Shown in pieces: positions 10,607 through 24,256 of a stretch of DNA of 64,000 nucleotides (position 1 is the stretch's first letter; each line of letters opens with the position of its first letter). This DNA is from Malacoraja senta (taxonomy: Eukaryota), in contig CM075990.1 in assembly GCA_038087875.1 (NCBI GenBank), positions 14,200,001 to 14,264,000 of the forward strand, given 5' to 3'. The notes beneath the pieces are model-generated. The model did no database searches. It worked only from the letters and a program-made list of their open reading frames with translations, and was not told the DNA's origin. A program made the translations under genes and the position numbers.

Positions 10607-13600
10607 AGGACCGAGCTACCAGCACATGACACCTTGGACATCGACACTAAAGAATATTACAGCAATAGAGACATCACATGGCCTGCTTAACATAATTCTC
10701 CACACAGCTGAAGAATTTCTGTACCGTGGTGTGCAGAATGTACTGTAGTACTGTACTTCAAGCATGACCTAAACTATGTCCTCATTTTCGTCCCATTTGC
10801 TCCAACCAGCTTACTGACGACAATCCATTTAAGTCGCACTCCCTTGATACTTGCTTCTGCATTGCGGTTGAAACTTGCAGGAGACCGAGGACAACAACAA
10901 TCAAACTAGACAATTTTGTGCAGAGTTCAAATGCAAGGACTGCTCCAGATGGCTCCAAGCAACATGTCATCATTAACCACATACCTCCAGAGAGCTGATT
11001 TAGCTTTGTACATCCCACTCGAAGACCAGACAGCAGATCTCCTATTTCGGGACCACACAACACCTAACCTCATTTTAAATTAGACCACACGTTCACTTGT
11101 AGATTATTTTTAAAGGACATCACCAGGAAGTGAAGGCAGGGAGCCGCAGCCTGCGCTTCTTTGGCCTTGTGCCAGTGCCGTCTCCACATACACTGGAGAC
11201 TTTCTTTATACAGACGCAGTACATTCAATAGAGTATTGTCCCTTTCTGTAGGAGTACAGAGTTACAAAACAATTGGTTAACCCTTTGGCGCTGAATTGTA
11301 CTTGGCTGTTTTCAAAATAATAACACAGTCATAAACGCAAGAAAGACTTGTATTGACACAACAGTCTGCAAAGACTCCCTGAAGCATTCCAAAGTGTTTA
11401 ACACACAATGACTGTTTTAGGAGGCAAAGTCAGATACTACCTTGCACACAACTCAATCCTACGCTGTGGGTTTCTCTACTCCTGCTGGCGAATGTGGAGG
11501 GTGGGATGTTTGCCAGGGCATCAGGGGAATTCCCAGTTCTAGTTCATGGCCACGGAATTCCCAAGGTTAAATAAGCACCTGAACTAACAGCAGTTTAGAG
11601 TGATGCCTCATGTGAAGGCACCCGTGACAATTCAGCATTCTCCCAGCTCTATGCCTGCTGTGGGGTCTGAGTGTACCACCGTGTCACTGTAGTCTGCGCT
11701 GTACACCCTCGCAGCTCATGCTTTGCTATTCTGGTAAACCTCTGCCGACCTACTAGGGTTGTTAGAGGACACATTTTTGTTTCGTCCAGCAAGTTGTTCT
11801 GCACTCAAACACGCTATCTGAAAGGGCAGCAGAAGCAGACCCAACAGGGAACTGGATCTGTACATGGAGAAAGTGGTCAGATACGGCATGGGGGAGGGTC
11901 TGAATTCCCCCTGTCATTTAAGAGAATATGTGACATATATTTTCACATAGAGCAGTACAGCACAAGAACCAGCGCTTGGCCTGCGATGTCCACATTCAAC
12001 ATGATTGCAGCTTAAACCGATCTCCTCGGTCCGCATGTGATCCTTATCCCCCCGCATATCCACATGCCCATCCAAAAGTCTCTTAAATGCCACTATTGTA
12101 TCTGAACATTCCTGTGCTTCAGGAGGAACATTTGTGTGCGCGCGAAGAAGGTATCTTCTCAAAGTCACCATCACTTTCCATTACCGCTTGGCCGCAGTGT
12201 GATATGAAAGAATCAAGAACACTTCACCAAGATTTGGAGCATTGGATACTCTGCTGAGCAGGATACTGCAGGACTCCACGGATCAGTCAGCATCTGCGGA
12301 GGGAAAATGACAGATGCAATTTTGGCTTGGGACCGAGTTTCGCCCAGGATGTTTTAACTCTGTAGAAGGGTCTCAGCCCGAAATGTTGCCCTGCTCCTTC
12401 CACGGGTGCTGCCTGGCCTGTTTGCTCCTAGTTTGTTGTTCCGAGTTTGTTTTGGGCATCTTTCAGATCATCTCTTTGAATCTCCTGGAGGCCATTTGGC
12501 CTAACATGTCTATACCCACACCCCGAGTTACTCCCAATCCCACATTACTCCACGTCTCCTGCTCCGTGGATTCTTCGTTCCACATCACCCCTTCAATGTT
12601 TATTTGTTAATTGTTTTAAATTATCTCACACCTTTTGTCTTTTCATCTCTGGCCTCATCCTGTCAAATATCCCCTCACCTCTATCCACCTATCACGTGCC
12701 AGGCTATGGCCTGCCCCTCACTTCGAGTTTTCTTCCCCCCCACCACAGCCTGAAGAAGGATCCCAACCGGAAACAACACCTATCCATGTTCTCCAGAGAT
12801 TCTGCCTAAATTATAAGTTACTCCAGCACTTTAGGTCTATCTCTATAATATTTTGCCACATGGAATCTCTTGACATCTTGAGTGGATCCAGACAAATGAT
12901 GCATCGACTACCAAGGCCCTGTAAATAAATCCTGCATTGGGCCTGTTCTGTTGTTGTTTTTCACAATTTTATTATTCTCCTTCTGTCTTTCAACCACTGG
13001 CCCCTACCCCGCCAAACATACTGCTCCATTTTTATTCCTGAAGGTTGGCAGGAATGCCAGGCCAGTGACCTTCCTGTTCCACTGGCTCGGGGTCCTGTGC
13101 CCTGAAAGGCTGAGATTATGACTTGTGACACCAGCTGCACGTCACTGCACTCTGCGCCTCCATGCACTGGTGGAATGCAACCTTCAGCCTGCCAAAGCAA
13201 ATCATTAACCCGAAGGTGACTGTGGTAACATTGTTGTGAAAATGCCAACTATTGCCAATCTCAGCCTTTTCAACTTTCCTAGTGACCTGTTTGTTTGATC
13301 ACTATGGGGGAACCAAACCAGGCCTTAACGCAGCACACCCAATAGGACGGATGGGTGTAGAAGGGTCTTGACCCGAAACGTCACCTATTCCTTCTCTCCA
13401 GTGATGCTGCCTGTCCTGCCGAGTTACTCCAGCTCTTTGTGTCTATCTTCGGTTTAAACCAGCATCTGCGGTTCCTTCCTCCACCTGTGACTCGATAGGC
13501 AGGCACTGTTAAAGACAGGCTCAACTCAAGAGAGTTTATTGTCATGTGTCCCAGATAGGAAAAATAAATTTGTGTCCGAGGGCTGAAAAATCACCACTAA

Positions 13601-14879
13601 TCCCATCCCGTTAGCAGTGAGCCTTGCACAACCCTGCTGGATCTTTAATGACAATTGAGAAATTCTCTCCTACAATTGTCTGCTAAACTCCCATTCCTTG
13701 GGTCTAGATTACTCCCTGATTACTAAGATGTCCCTCAGAGTTGACAATGGTTTATTTTACTCCAGTTCTTTGGGTTCTTAGGTGGCTGATGAGGACTAGG
13801 TTGGATCTCATATTCAAAGAGAGAGAGGTACAGAAACAGGCCCTTCAGCCCTCTGAGTCCATACTGACTCTCAACCACCCGTTTACACCAATTCAACACG
13901 AATCTACCACCCACCTTACACACAAGGGGGAACGTACAGAGGCCAATTAACCACCAATGAGCGCATATTTGGGATTTGGGAGAAAACCGGAGCACAAGGA
14001 AGAAACCTGCGCTGTGACAGAAAGAACATGCAAACTCCACACAGACAGCACCTGAGGGCAGGAATGAAAGCAGGTCTCTGGTGCCGTGAGGCAGCAGTTC
14101 TGCTCGCTGTTCCACTGTGTCCCTCACTGTCTGATCTGTCAGCTCACCCACCAGTGGGGAGGGGAGGCTTGGTGGGGTGGTGGGGTGGTGGGGTGGTGGG
14201 GAGGAGAGGCTTGGTGGGGTGGGAGGAGGGGTTTCCATTTTTAATTTCATTAAAGTTCAGTTTCTCAATTTGCCTTTGGTGGTATTTGAACCCATAATCT
14301 CCAGATTGTTAATCCAAGCCTGAAACAGCTCCGTGACTGAATATAGCAAAGTTAAGCATGAAAAATGTGCTTTTGGCAAAACACAAACATCAGCCCAGAA
14401 AAGGGAGGTGAGTAAAAGGATGAAGTATTAGCTGAACCAAAACAATGAAGACTGAGAAGCAGGCAGGGTCATTTAGGCTATTGTTACACTGAACATATCT
14501 TACACTCTGAAATCAATTCTAGTTTATCTCACAACCACAAATAAACATTGTTGGCACCAAGATGTCTTCTTAAATTAGACCATGTTTCATTAACATCATC
14601 CAACAGTCAGTTATTAATTGATTTGACCTCAGAAAATCGAAGAGCAAAGAGGTAACCCACACAAGCAACATAGCGAGACATTCATTATGTAATGTAAATG
14701 GAAACCAACATTTTAATAAAAATCATAAACGTCATTCGATGGTTATGATACTCGTCAAAAAGGAAAGGTTTTTCTTCCTTAATGTAATTGCCAGTTACAA
14801 CAGTTTTACTTTACACCATTCTTGGGGTACCTCAAGGTGTGATGGTACTGTCAGAGGATCTGAACAAGTTAAGCCTCTG

Positions 14880-15670
14880 TGACTTCAGGAGGGCGGGAAA
14901 ACAACACCATACACCTCTGCACATCGATAGAGCTGATGTGGAAAGGGTCAACAGCGTGAAGTTCCTAGGACTCCACCTGTCAGATGACCTGACGTCCACG
15001 ACCAACACCACAGCACTGGTCAAGAGAGCCCAGCAGCGACTACACCCTCTCCGAAGACTATGTAAAGCAGGTCTCCCCACTACACACCTACGAACTTTTT
15101 ATAGGGGGACAATCGAGAGCACATTAACCTACGGCGTCACTTCCTGGTTCGGGAGCTGCAAGGCGTACGAACGGCACCAACTAGACAGGATTGTGAAGAC
15201 CGCCAGCAGGATTATTGGTGCTCCACTCCCTTTCCTGCTGGACATATACAGGAAGAGATGTATCAGCAGAGCCATCTCCATCATCAAAGACCCCCTACCA
15301 CCCACGGCATCACATATTCTCCATCCTGCCATCTGGGAAGAGGTACCGGAGCATTAGGTGCAAAACCAGCAGGATGCTCCTCAGCTTCTTCCCGCAGGTT
15401 ATAAGACTGATAAACGGACTTTGCCCCCTGCCAAAGTATCGTGCACCAACCACCAACCTGGACACACTGCAGCAGAGCCACTGTCGTGCCGCTGCCGATC
15501 GGAACGCCTGTTGATGTTTAGTAGAGAGTAGAGTGTTCATTTGTTCATGATATATGTATTTTTACTTATTTTTGTTTTTTACTGCACACACTGAAATGGA
15601 CACTGGTTGGGGAATGTTTTTTTGTTTCCTCTGGGTATGCGAATACTCAGGAAATGACAATAAAGATGTG
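14880..15670 (+). mobile_element. Rex1/Babar-type LINE 3' part
   Basis: DFRR...VERVNSVKFLGLHLSDDL...KRAQQRLHPLRRL...FYRGTIESTLTYGVTSW; AATGACAATAAAG end. Confidence 0.85.
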
Positions 15671-16010
15671 CAATTTTTTTTTTTTAGATGCAGCATTCAG
15701 AGCAAGGTGCTCTGGACCAACAGTTGGATCATGGAAGCCCAAAATGCTTCACATGAGTTTTGAAAAAAATGCAGCATATCCACACATTGGGAGAAATGAC
15801 CAACACTTGATTCAAGAGATAGGTTTATCTACATTGGGGTTGAGGGAGGGAATTCCAGATGTTTGGGCCCAGGCAGCTGAAGGTCTAGTCATCGGTGGAA
15901 TATTTAAAATTATGGATACACAACATCCAGGAATGAGCATCACAAAAATTACTGGGATAGCGAGTGGGCAAAGTCTTGAGATCACCAGGGAAACAGGCCC
16001 TTTGGCCCAT

Positions 16011-16456
16011 TCACTGGCTTCCCATTTCCCACCGGATCACCTACAAAATCCTGGTCCTCACCTACAAAGCCCTCAACAACCTGGCCCCCCCTTATCTCAT
16101 TGACCTCCTCTCCCCCTACCAACCCTCACGGTCCCTCAGATCCACATCAGCTGGTCTCCTCTCCACTCCGAAATCAAACCTCTGCACTTTTGGAGGCAGA
16201 GCCTTCTCCAGGGCAGCTCCCAGGCTCTGGAATTCCCTCCCACAACCGGTCCGAAATTCTGAGTCCCTCACCATCTTCCAGTCCCGCCTCAAGACCCATC
16301 TCTTCACCTCTGCATACCCTTAGTCCCATGTTCCCCCCCCCCCTCTGTCTTACTGCTCTATTTTGTTTTGTTTATTCCTGACTCTCAATTGTAAAGCGAC
16401 TTTGAGTCCTGAAAAGCGCTATATAAATAAAATCTATTATTATTATTATTATTATT
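16011..16456 (+). mobile_element. Young L2 LINE 3' part
   Basis: HWLPISHRITYKILVLTYKAL...HLFTSAYP, same 3' UTR and (ATT)n tail. Confidence 0.95.
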
Positions 16457-16836
16457 GAGTCCAGGCCAGCATCAAGCAGTCATTACACTAATCCTATATT
16501 TATATTCACCCTACATATCCAGTATTTCCCTTCACATTCCACCACTCACCTATACACTTGGGGACAATTAACTTCCATTCACCATGGCTTTGTGGTATGG
16601 GAGGAAACAGGAGCACCCAACACAGGTAGAATGTGCAAACTCCACATAGACAGCACCAGAGGTCAGGATTGAACCTAGATCACCGGAACTGAGAGGCAAC
16701 ATCTCCACCAGCTGCACCTCTGTGCCACTCTTGCGATGTCACAAATAGGGATTGGAATATGTTGTTGCTTTGCCAGAAGTACAGTTCAAACTCAGAAACC
16801 ATCACTGGGCCAAGTTGAGAACAGTTTGCAACTTAC

Positions 16837-17352
16837 CTGGATGAATAATCTGACTGTGGATCATCAGTGTCCATTTCACAGACCCCCTTGAGTAAGTTGT
16901 TGCTTGTGTAGAGTTGGCACTTGGTGAGAAGGTTCTCCGACTTGCTGTGGCCCACCATCGGGTTGGCACTTGGCTTCCTCTCCACTCTTGACACCTGGGA
17001 CCTGGGGCTTCCTGACCAGCTCGAGTCCACTCTAGAGTCTGTGGATGAATTAGCACTGGGCCAGGGTAAAAACTTCTCTTCAATCAGACGGGCATTCTCC
17101 TTGATCTGCTCCTGGATTTCCGGGGTCAGGGCTGGAAAGTCAAAGGTGAAGTAATTCCCCTGGCTCCTTTTTGGAGAGGCCAGAATCTCCACTGAGTCCA
17201 GGCTGGTGTAGGAGGTGCCTTTGGCACATTGAGACTCCAGGATGCACTCAAATTGTTTGCTGAAGGTGTCAGTGCCTTCTTCAGAGAGGCTCCGGGAAAT
17301 GCAGATCAAGGCCACAGATGGAAGCAGATTTTTGACCTCTGTGTCTGGTGAC
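16837..17352 (-). CDS. PSD: PSD coding exon, 516 nt (SPDTEV...DTFSKQFECILESQCAKGTSYTSLDSVEILASP...QSDYSS)
   Basis: Acceptor TCTTTGCCTTCTTCAG|G (phase 2); donor CAG|GTAAGT (phase 2). Matches recalled human DSFSCVFEAILESHRAKGTSYTSLASLEALASP. Confidence 0.93.
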
Positions 17353-18164
17353 CTGAAGAAGGCAAAGACATTGAAACATGCTGCACAGAACGAGGCCAAT
17401 CAGCCCATCTAAGTTGGGCTGTTTTATGATAGAGCAATCCAATTAGTCTCACTCCTCATCTCTTTCCCCATTACTGTGGATATATTTTTCCTTTTGCATT
17501 TAGCCAAGGTCTCTGTATACCCAAGCCAACCTCAATGGGACTCGACTAATGTGACAAAAAAAGCACAGAGTATTGGAAATGCTCAGCAGGTCAGGTGGTA
17601 TCTGTGCAGGGAAAAGAGTTCAAAGTTTTAGATTGCTGGCCTTTGATCTGAACTGAGGACATTTAAGATTGGAACAAGTTTTACATTGCAGAGAAAGTTG
17701 GAGGGGTGAAGACCAAAGGTCAGTATTTAAACCAGCATCTGCAGTTCTTTCCCACACAAGTTAAGGTCAGTGTTTGGCCAGACACTTGGAAAGGCTGAAT
17801 AACTCAAGTGGTGACAGAACAAAATAAAACAGAACCACAAATGACAAAAATCTGAAATAAAACCAGAAAATACTGGAAACACTCAGCCAGTCAGGCAGCA
17901 TCTGTGGAAAGAGAAACAGAATGAATGTTTCACATTAGAGACCCGTAATCAGAGCTGGCTGGCACAGTGGCACAGCTGGTAGAGACACTGTCTCACAGCA
18001 CCAGAGATCCAGGTTCAAGCCTGATAGGTGCGTTCTGGGTGGAGATTGTTCCTTCTCCCTGATGTGTATATGTCCTCCCACAGTCCTCAGATGTGCTGGA
18101 TGGGAGGTTAATCAGCCACTGTAAACTTGCCCCAGAGTATCAGTGAGTGGTTGGATCTGCGAGG

Positions 18165-18210
18165 AGTTGAGTTGAGTTGAGTTGAGTTGAGTTGAGTTGA
18201 GTTTAGTTTA
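18165..18210. repeat. (GAGTT)n expanded SINE tail
   Basis: Direct pentamer repeat. Confidence 0.9.
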
Positions 18211-19676
18211 GAGATACAGCATGGATACAGGCCCTGCAACCCATAGAGTCCACGCCAACCAGCAATCACCCATTCACACTCGGGCAAACTTACAGAAACC
18301 ACTTAACATACAAATGGGATGTGGGAGGGAAAACAGAGCACCCAGGGGAAACTCCTTTGCGATCACAGGGAGAACGTGCAAATACCTCTTGTCAACACCC
18401 AAGGTCAGGATTGAACCCAGATCTCTGGCGCGCGAGATTGCAATTTTACCAGCTCAGCCATTGTGCAACCTCTGATGAGAATATGGGATTAATTTGGGCA
18501 TGAGTATAACTGGGTGGCTGATGGGTGGATGTGAAGAACTGTTGTCGTGCTTTATCCCTGTATGACTGGGTGAGCATCGACAGGGCCGGCTAAGGGAGAG
18601 CTGCAGTGTACATCTCTAGAAGGGTGAGGCAGATGGATACAAATTAAAAGTCTGATAGACCTGAAATAGAAATGGAAAATAAAACCAAATAGTTGGGAGT
18701 GTGAGTCGCAATGCTGGAATGGCTGATTAATTAAAAAACTGTCAAATCTGAAGACAATAATATCAAGAGTCAAGAGCAGTCACAATGTGCTGGAGCAACT
18801 CAGCGGGTCAGGCAGCATCTCTGGAGAAAAATGATAGCTGACATTTTGTGTCAGGATGTTTAATTGTTATATGTACCGAAAACAAACCGATAACATTCAT
18901 ACTTGCAGCAGTATAACAGCCTGTAAACACATTACCAGTTATATGTGGCATATTTGGGTCAGGTTGGGTGTTTTTTCTGATAAAACGTCCAGGTTTGGAT
19001 CAGTCTGTGCCATACCTGTGCTGTACCTAGGACTGGATTATCTGCTCTGTACATCAGGAGTCCTCAGCTGTGGCTCAACAGCAATGAATGTGCAGCACAG
19101 TACAAGATCTCTCTGCTTTTCTGCTCTGGATTGTGTTGGGAATTGGAAAATAGAGAATGTTCTCGGGTTCGACTGGGTTCTAATCAGGAGCATTCGATTG
19201 TATCTCCCAGCGAGTTTCTAACTCCACCGCTTTTTCATGCAGTGTGTCCAAGATCACAACTCACTTTGTCAGACGGAAACCCCTCTCGATGGACAGATGA
19301 CGTTTTGGGTCATCTGAAGAAGGATCCCAACCTGAAATGTCATCTGTCCAATTCCCTCTGCAGATGTTGCCTGACCCACTGGGTTCCTCTAGAAGATAGA
19401 TACAAAATGCTGGAATAACTCAGCGGGACAGGCAGCATCTCTGGACAGCAGGAATAGGTGATATTTCGGGTCTGGACCTTTCTTCAGACTGAACTTTGCT
19501 TTTGGCTCAAGATTCCAGCATCTGCAGTTTCTTGTATCTCACGAAACTCCTCGCTATTTTCTCGTGGTTCTGTTAATTATGCCGAACCGGAGAGATTTGG
19601 GCACTCACTCTCCTGCCAGTAGAGGGAGCTGCTCTACAAACTGGGGTGAAGGCCTTGGCACATTACAGGAGCTGAA

Positions 19677-20046
19677 TGGGCCTGTCCCACTTAAGGCGAT
19701 TTTTTAGGCGACTAGGCTGTCGCCACATGGTCGCTGGGGTGTCGCCTGCATGGTTGTGAGTCGTCTCCTCAGTCGCCCAAAGAGTCGTAGCGTCTTTCTG
19801 GTCACTGCTGGATTTTCAACATGTTGAAAAATTTTCGCCGACAGTGGCGACCGTGGGTTTGACGCCAATGAGCGTAGCTTGACGTACGTGCTGTCATAGG
19901 TTGTCGCCAGGTTAACGTAGGTTTTCGCCAGGATGTCGTAGGGTGTCACCAGGTGACGGAGGTTGTCGCCAGTGCTGACTTTGTTGAATTCCATTGTCGT
20001 ATTCGTCGGCAGTCGCCTAAAAAATCGCCTAAGTGGGACAGGCCCA
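19677..20046. mobile_element. Harbinger-type MITE
   Basis: TIR TGGGCCTGTCCCACTTA(A)GGCGATTTTTTAGGCGACT; GTCGCC/GTCGTAG repeats; TSD not preserved. Confidence 0.82.
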
Positions 20047-20819
20047 TTAGGTTCAGGCTTATTATTGTCACATGTACCAAGGTACGGTGAAAATTGTTAC
20101 TTTGAATACTCTCCCAGCAGATCAGGTATATCACATCAATCAAATCAAACTCAAGTACAACAGATAGAGCAAAAGGGAAGATACAGAGAGCAGAAAATAG
20201 TTGAAAACATTTTAGCACGTCATTTCCACAGACAAAGTCCAATGTTCTCGAAGGTCCCTCTACGGCAGGAGAGTGAGTGTCCAAATCTCTCAGGTTTGGG
20301 ATAATTAACAGAACCACGAGATAATAGAGAGGAGTCTTGTGAGATACAAGAAACTGCAGATGCTGGAATCTTGAGCCATAAACAAAGTTCAGTCTGAAGA
20401 AAGGTCTCCACCCGAAACATAACCTATTCCTGCTGTCCAGAGATGCTGCTAGATGTCCAAGGTCTTCACCCCAGGTTCTGAAGAAGGGTCTCGAACCATA
20501 AAACATCATCCATTCCTTCTCTCCAGAGATGCTGTCTGTGCCGCTGAGTTACTCCAGCATTCTGTGTCTATAAGCGGGGAATGGGATTGATGGGAATGCC
20601 CCGTGAGCTGGCATAGACTTAATGGGCTGAATGGCCCCTATTTAACAGTGAGGAATTTCTGGAAACACCTTGCAGATCCTTCCTTGTCGTGGGATCTAAC
20701 CACAGTCGTACAGCATGGAAACAGGCCATTCGGCTCAATCTGCTCATAGTGACCAAGATGCCCCATCCATCCTAGTCCTACCTGCCTGCATTTGGCGTAT
20801 ATACATTAAACCTTTCCTA

Positions 20820-21204
20820 GGTACACAAAAATGCTGGAGAAACTCAGCGGGTGCAGCAGCATCTATGGAGTGAAGGAAATAGGCAACGTTTCGGGCCGAA
20901 ACCCTTCCTCAGACTGATAGGGGGTGGGGAGAAGAAAGGAAAAAAGGAAAAAGGCGGAGGAGGAGCCTGAGGGCTGGGGGAGGGGAGGAGACAACCAGAG
21001 GGCTGATGAAGGGGAGGGGACAGCAAGGGCTAGCAGAATTGGGAGAATTCAATGTTCAAGCCCCCAGGATGTAGACTGCCCAAGCGGAATATGAGGTGCA
21101 TTTCCTCCAATTTACGGTGTTGCTCGCTGTGGCCATAGAGGAGACCCAGGACAGAGAGGTCAGATACAGAATGGGAGGGGGAGTTGAAGTGCTGAGCCAC
21201 CGGG
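20820..21204 (-). mobile_element. 5'-truncated Penelope-like element
   Basis: PVAQHFNSPSHS...GLNIEFSQFC plus pLTR; TSD AAACCTTTCCTA (20808-20819, 21205-21216). Confidence 0.9.
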
Positions 21205-21656
21205 AAACCTTTCCTATCCATGTACCTGTCCAAATGTCTTTAAAAATCCCTCTGGGATTTGGTTCTGTGGGACTACCTTCACTGGCTGGACTGCAGCAAT
21301 TCAAGCAAACACATTCTCAAGGCGAGTTTGAGGCAGGCAATAGATACTGGTTTTGCCAGCAATGCCTGCATCAAATGATGTAGAAAGAAATAACCGTTTG
21401 CCCCCCAATCCAACTTGCAAACCTCGTTGAAAATAAAATAAAGTCAGATGCTGGAAATGTGAAATAAAATGGACAATACTGGAAACTCCCAGCAATTCAG
21501 GATGGGTTTAATGGAGGAACTTTTGCCTGAAATATTAACTTTGTTTCTCACTCCTCTGGTGCTGCTTGACCAGAGGAATGTTTCCAGCATTTGCTGCCAT
21601 CAATGCATTAACCATATTATGCACATTGCAATGCAAATAACGTCCAGCAGAGGGAC

Positions 21657-21830
21657 CACTAAAACTCCGATAATCCAGCACCCTCTAGTGGTACAGAACA
21701 ATCACGTTTTCCGGACTATTGGATATTACCAATTTTAATACTCCAACACACCTTTAATTCATTTTTTAGTGCAACACAGTAGCATTACCAGTTTTCCAGT
21801 GAACCCAATGTGTTTAACGAGCGAGCTGGC
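21657..21830. mobile_element. Old Tigger/TcMar-like fragment (related copy about 28830-29357)
   Basis: End motif TAAAACTCCGATAATCC, with its inverse at about 29339-29356. The internal AATACTCCAAC...TTAATT.ATTTTT block is shared by both copies. Confidence 0.45.
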
Positions 21831-22785
21831 AAAAGGCCATGTTTAAGAAGGAACTGCAGATGCTGGAAAATCGAAGGTAGACAAAAGTGCTGGAGAAACT
21901 CAGCGGGCGAGACGGGGCTCCTGTAAGTTTAAAGGGAACGTTGGAAAGAAGAATTTAAAGAGATTGCGAGAATGTTAACCCGGTGACTTTAATGAGGGTG
22001 GTGGACATAAAGGAGCACAAGCTTTAAGGGAACATGAAGGAGTACTCAAAATGTGTAGGAGAGTGCAGATGTGGGTTTAAATCGAAGATAGACACAAAAT
22101 GCTGGAGTAACTCAGCGGGACAGGCAGCATCCCTGGAGAGAAGGAATGGGTGATGTTTCGGGTCGAGACCTTTCTTCAGACTGATGGAGTACTTGATGAG
22201 TTTAATGGGAGCGGGGAATAGAAGCCAGTGTGTTTATAGTGAGTGTGGGAAATAGATTTCCATTCTGTTCAATGGAAACTCAGCAAAATCTCATCTGATC
22301 CCAAATGAGCAGGAACCTGCCTGCCCTCTGTGGTTTTATTATAACTGGAGGAGACAGAAACAAATTAGCTTTAAATTGCAGATAAAGGAACTGGAGGGAT
22401 GCTTAGGTCAAAGGAAAATCTCTGATTGGGTGAGCCCAGAGGCAGATTACATTCCTTTGTCTGTCTTATGTGTCGCTGACAGCATACCAGACCGTACCAA
22501 TGGGTGGGGAACTGAGCTAAAATAACCAGTAGATGACCGGAGAAATGGTCATTCTGATACTGACGGAAAGCAAGAGCAGGAAACCTGAAGATGGAGAGGT
22601 CTATTTATACCCTGCAGCACTGTTTGGTCACCCCCACTAGTTCAGTGTCAGGATGTCACTGTTATAGATCGCCGTTGAACATTTCCCTCCAGAGATGCGT
22701 CCTGACCCGCTTAGTTACTCCAGCACTTTGTGTCCTTTTGTGAAAACCAGCATCTGCAGCTACTACCATTGAACTATTCCACTGG

Positions 22786-23192
22786 GTGCAAAAGTACTTT
22801 AAAAAAAATAAAAAATTGAGGTCGGGTAAGGGGGGATGATAGTTGAAGAGTTGGTATGTCCTATTTACGTGATGCTCAAAAAAAAAAACATTTGTTTCTC
22901 TTTTTTTCTCTTTCTCTTTTCTTAGGGCCTATTTCTTAACTCTTTTTCTTTTTGTTTTTAATTTCGCTCTTATAGGGTCTTCGTCCTTTTTTGTTGTTAC
23001 ATTTTCTACACTTTTCTACACTTGCACTTTTTCCTTCACTTTCTTCTCTCTTTCAATCTTTTCTTTCTCTAGTGTAAAAAAAAATAAAGGGAGTACATTA
23101 ATTGTAAGAAGATATAAATGACGAGTATTAATGTATGTGGTTGTAATGTAATGTACTTCTAATAAATAAAAATAAAAAATAAATAAAAAAAA
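22786..23192 (+). mobile_element. Polyadenylated retroinsertion (L1/Tx1-like 3' UTR)
   Basis: T-rich body, AATAAA, A-rich tail, 15-bp TSD GAACTATTCCACTGG (22771-22785, 23193-23207). Confidence 0.75.
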
Positions 23193-23970
23193 GAACTATT
23201 CCACTGGATAGTGATGGACCACAGAAGAACACTGGGGTGAGATTATCATTATTACACCGCGCAATGTTCAGCTTCTGAAACATTGTGGATTGGTTTGCCA
23301 TCCAGGATAATTGCAAAACCATTGCTGTACTGTAATGCTTATTAATCTCTCTGTAACACAATCTCTCTATTACTCATATTCAACACATTATCGTGGACAG
23401 CCACCCTGCCACCCAATGCCATAAAGGCATAATAACAGGGCTTGTGTGTAATAGAGTGGGCAGGTTGCAATGGGCTAAAGGGCAGCTCATTGACAGCAGG
23501 AAGCCATTACATTATCTATCTTGGTAATAGCTGGGAATACATTTCAGGCATGTGCTTTGACCTTTTTGTCTCCTTAACTGCTCAGACACAAGACAGAATG
23601 GGTGTGAAATACTCAGCAGATCAGACTGCATTAGTTGGAAGAGAAACTGAGTCAATGTTTCAGGTCGGTGACGACTGAACTGCTCCCTGTCTTAAATAAT
23701 AAAAGGAACTGATGGACTACTTCTACAGCCATCACTGGCTCTCTCTGACATCAAGACAATCCTGAATGAGGCAAGTTCCAGCTGTCCCAAGCATAGTTAG
23801 CTCATAATTCACTCAAAGATTTCAGCTTGGACCCATTAATGATCAACCATATTTAATTCTTTCAACAATAGGTTTGTCAACCGAGCTGGATTTACATGCC
23901 GATGCATGAGGAGGTAACACCACATATGAATTGATTGCCTCTCAAGTATCTCAGTGAGTAGAATTTGAAG

Positions 23971-24173
23971 ACAGACACAAAAAACTGGAGTAACTCAGCG
24001 GGTCAGACAGCATCTCTGGATAAAAGGAATAGATGACGTTTCGGCTCGAGACCCTACTTCAGACTGAGAGTCAAGGGGTATCACTTCAGAGATGCTGTCT
24101 GACCCGCTGAGTTACTCCAACATTTTGTGCCTATCTTCGGTTTAAACCAGCATCTGCAGTTCCTTCCTCCACA
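23971..24173. mobile_element. Fold-back pLTR insertion next to a PSD donor site
   Basis: Inverted CTGGAGTAACTCAGCGGGTCAGACAGCATCTCTG arms; degenerate TSD GTAGAATTTGAAG/GTTGGATTTAAAG. Confidence 0.75.
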
Positions 24174-24256
24174 GTTGGATTTAAAGGTTGGTTGTTGGTC
24201 TTGACCTTTATGGTGGGGCACCATCTCTGACACTTGCCCCGCTGGATACACATTAC

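Noticed and set aside
10815..10873. Possible PSD exon (AAG acceptor, GTAAGC donor)
   Set aside because: 59 nt breaks the frame as a cassette and has no PSD-like motif. A tiny MDCR first exon in phase 2 is possible but has weak support.
14155..14232. G-rich tract with G4 potential
   Set aside because: Short low-complexity run with no further support.
1..16836. SEC7/PH-domain exons of PSD
   Set aside because: No LAKRLY, ETQERERVL or LLNTDLH-type peptide was found; presumably outside the window.
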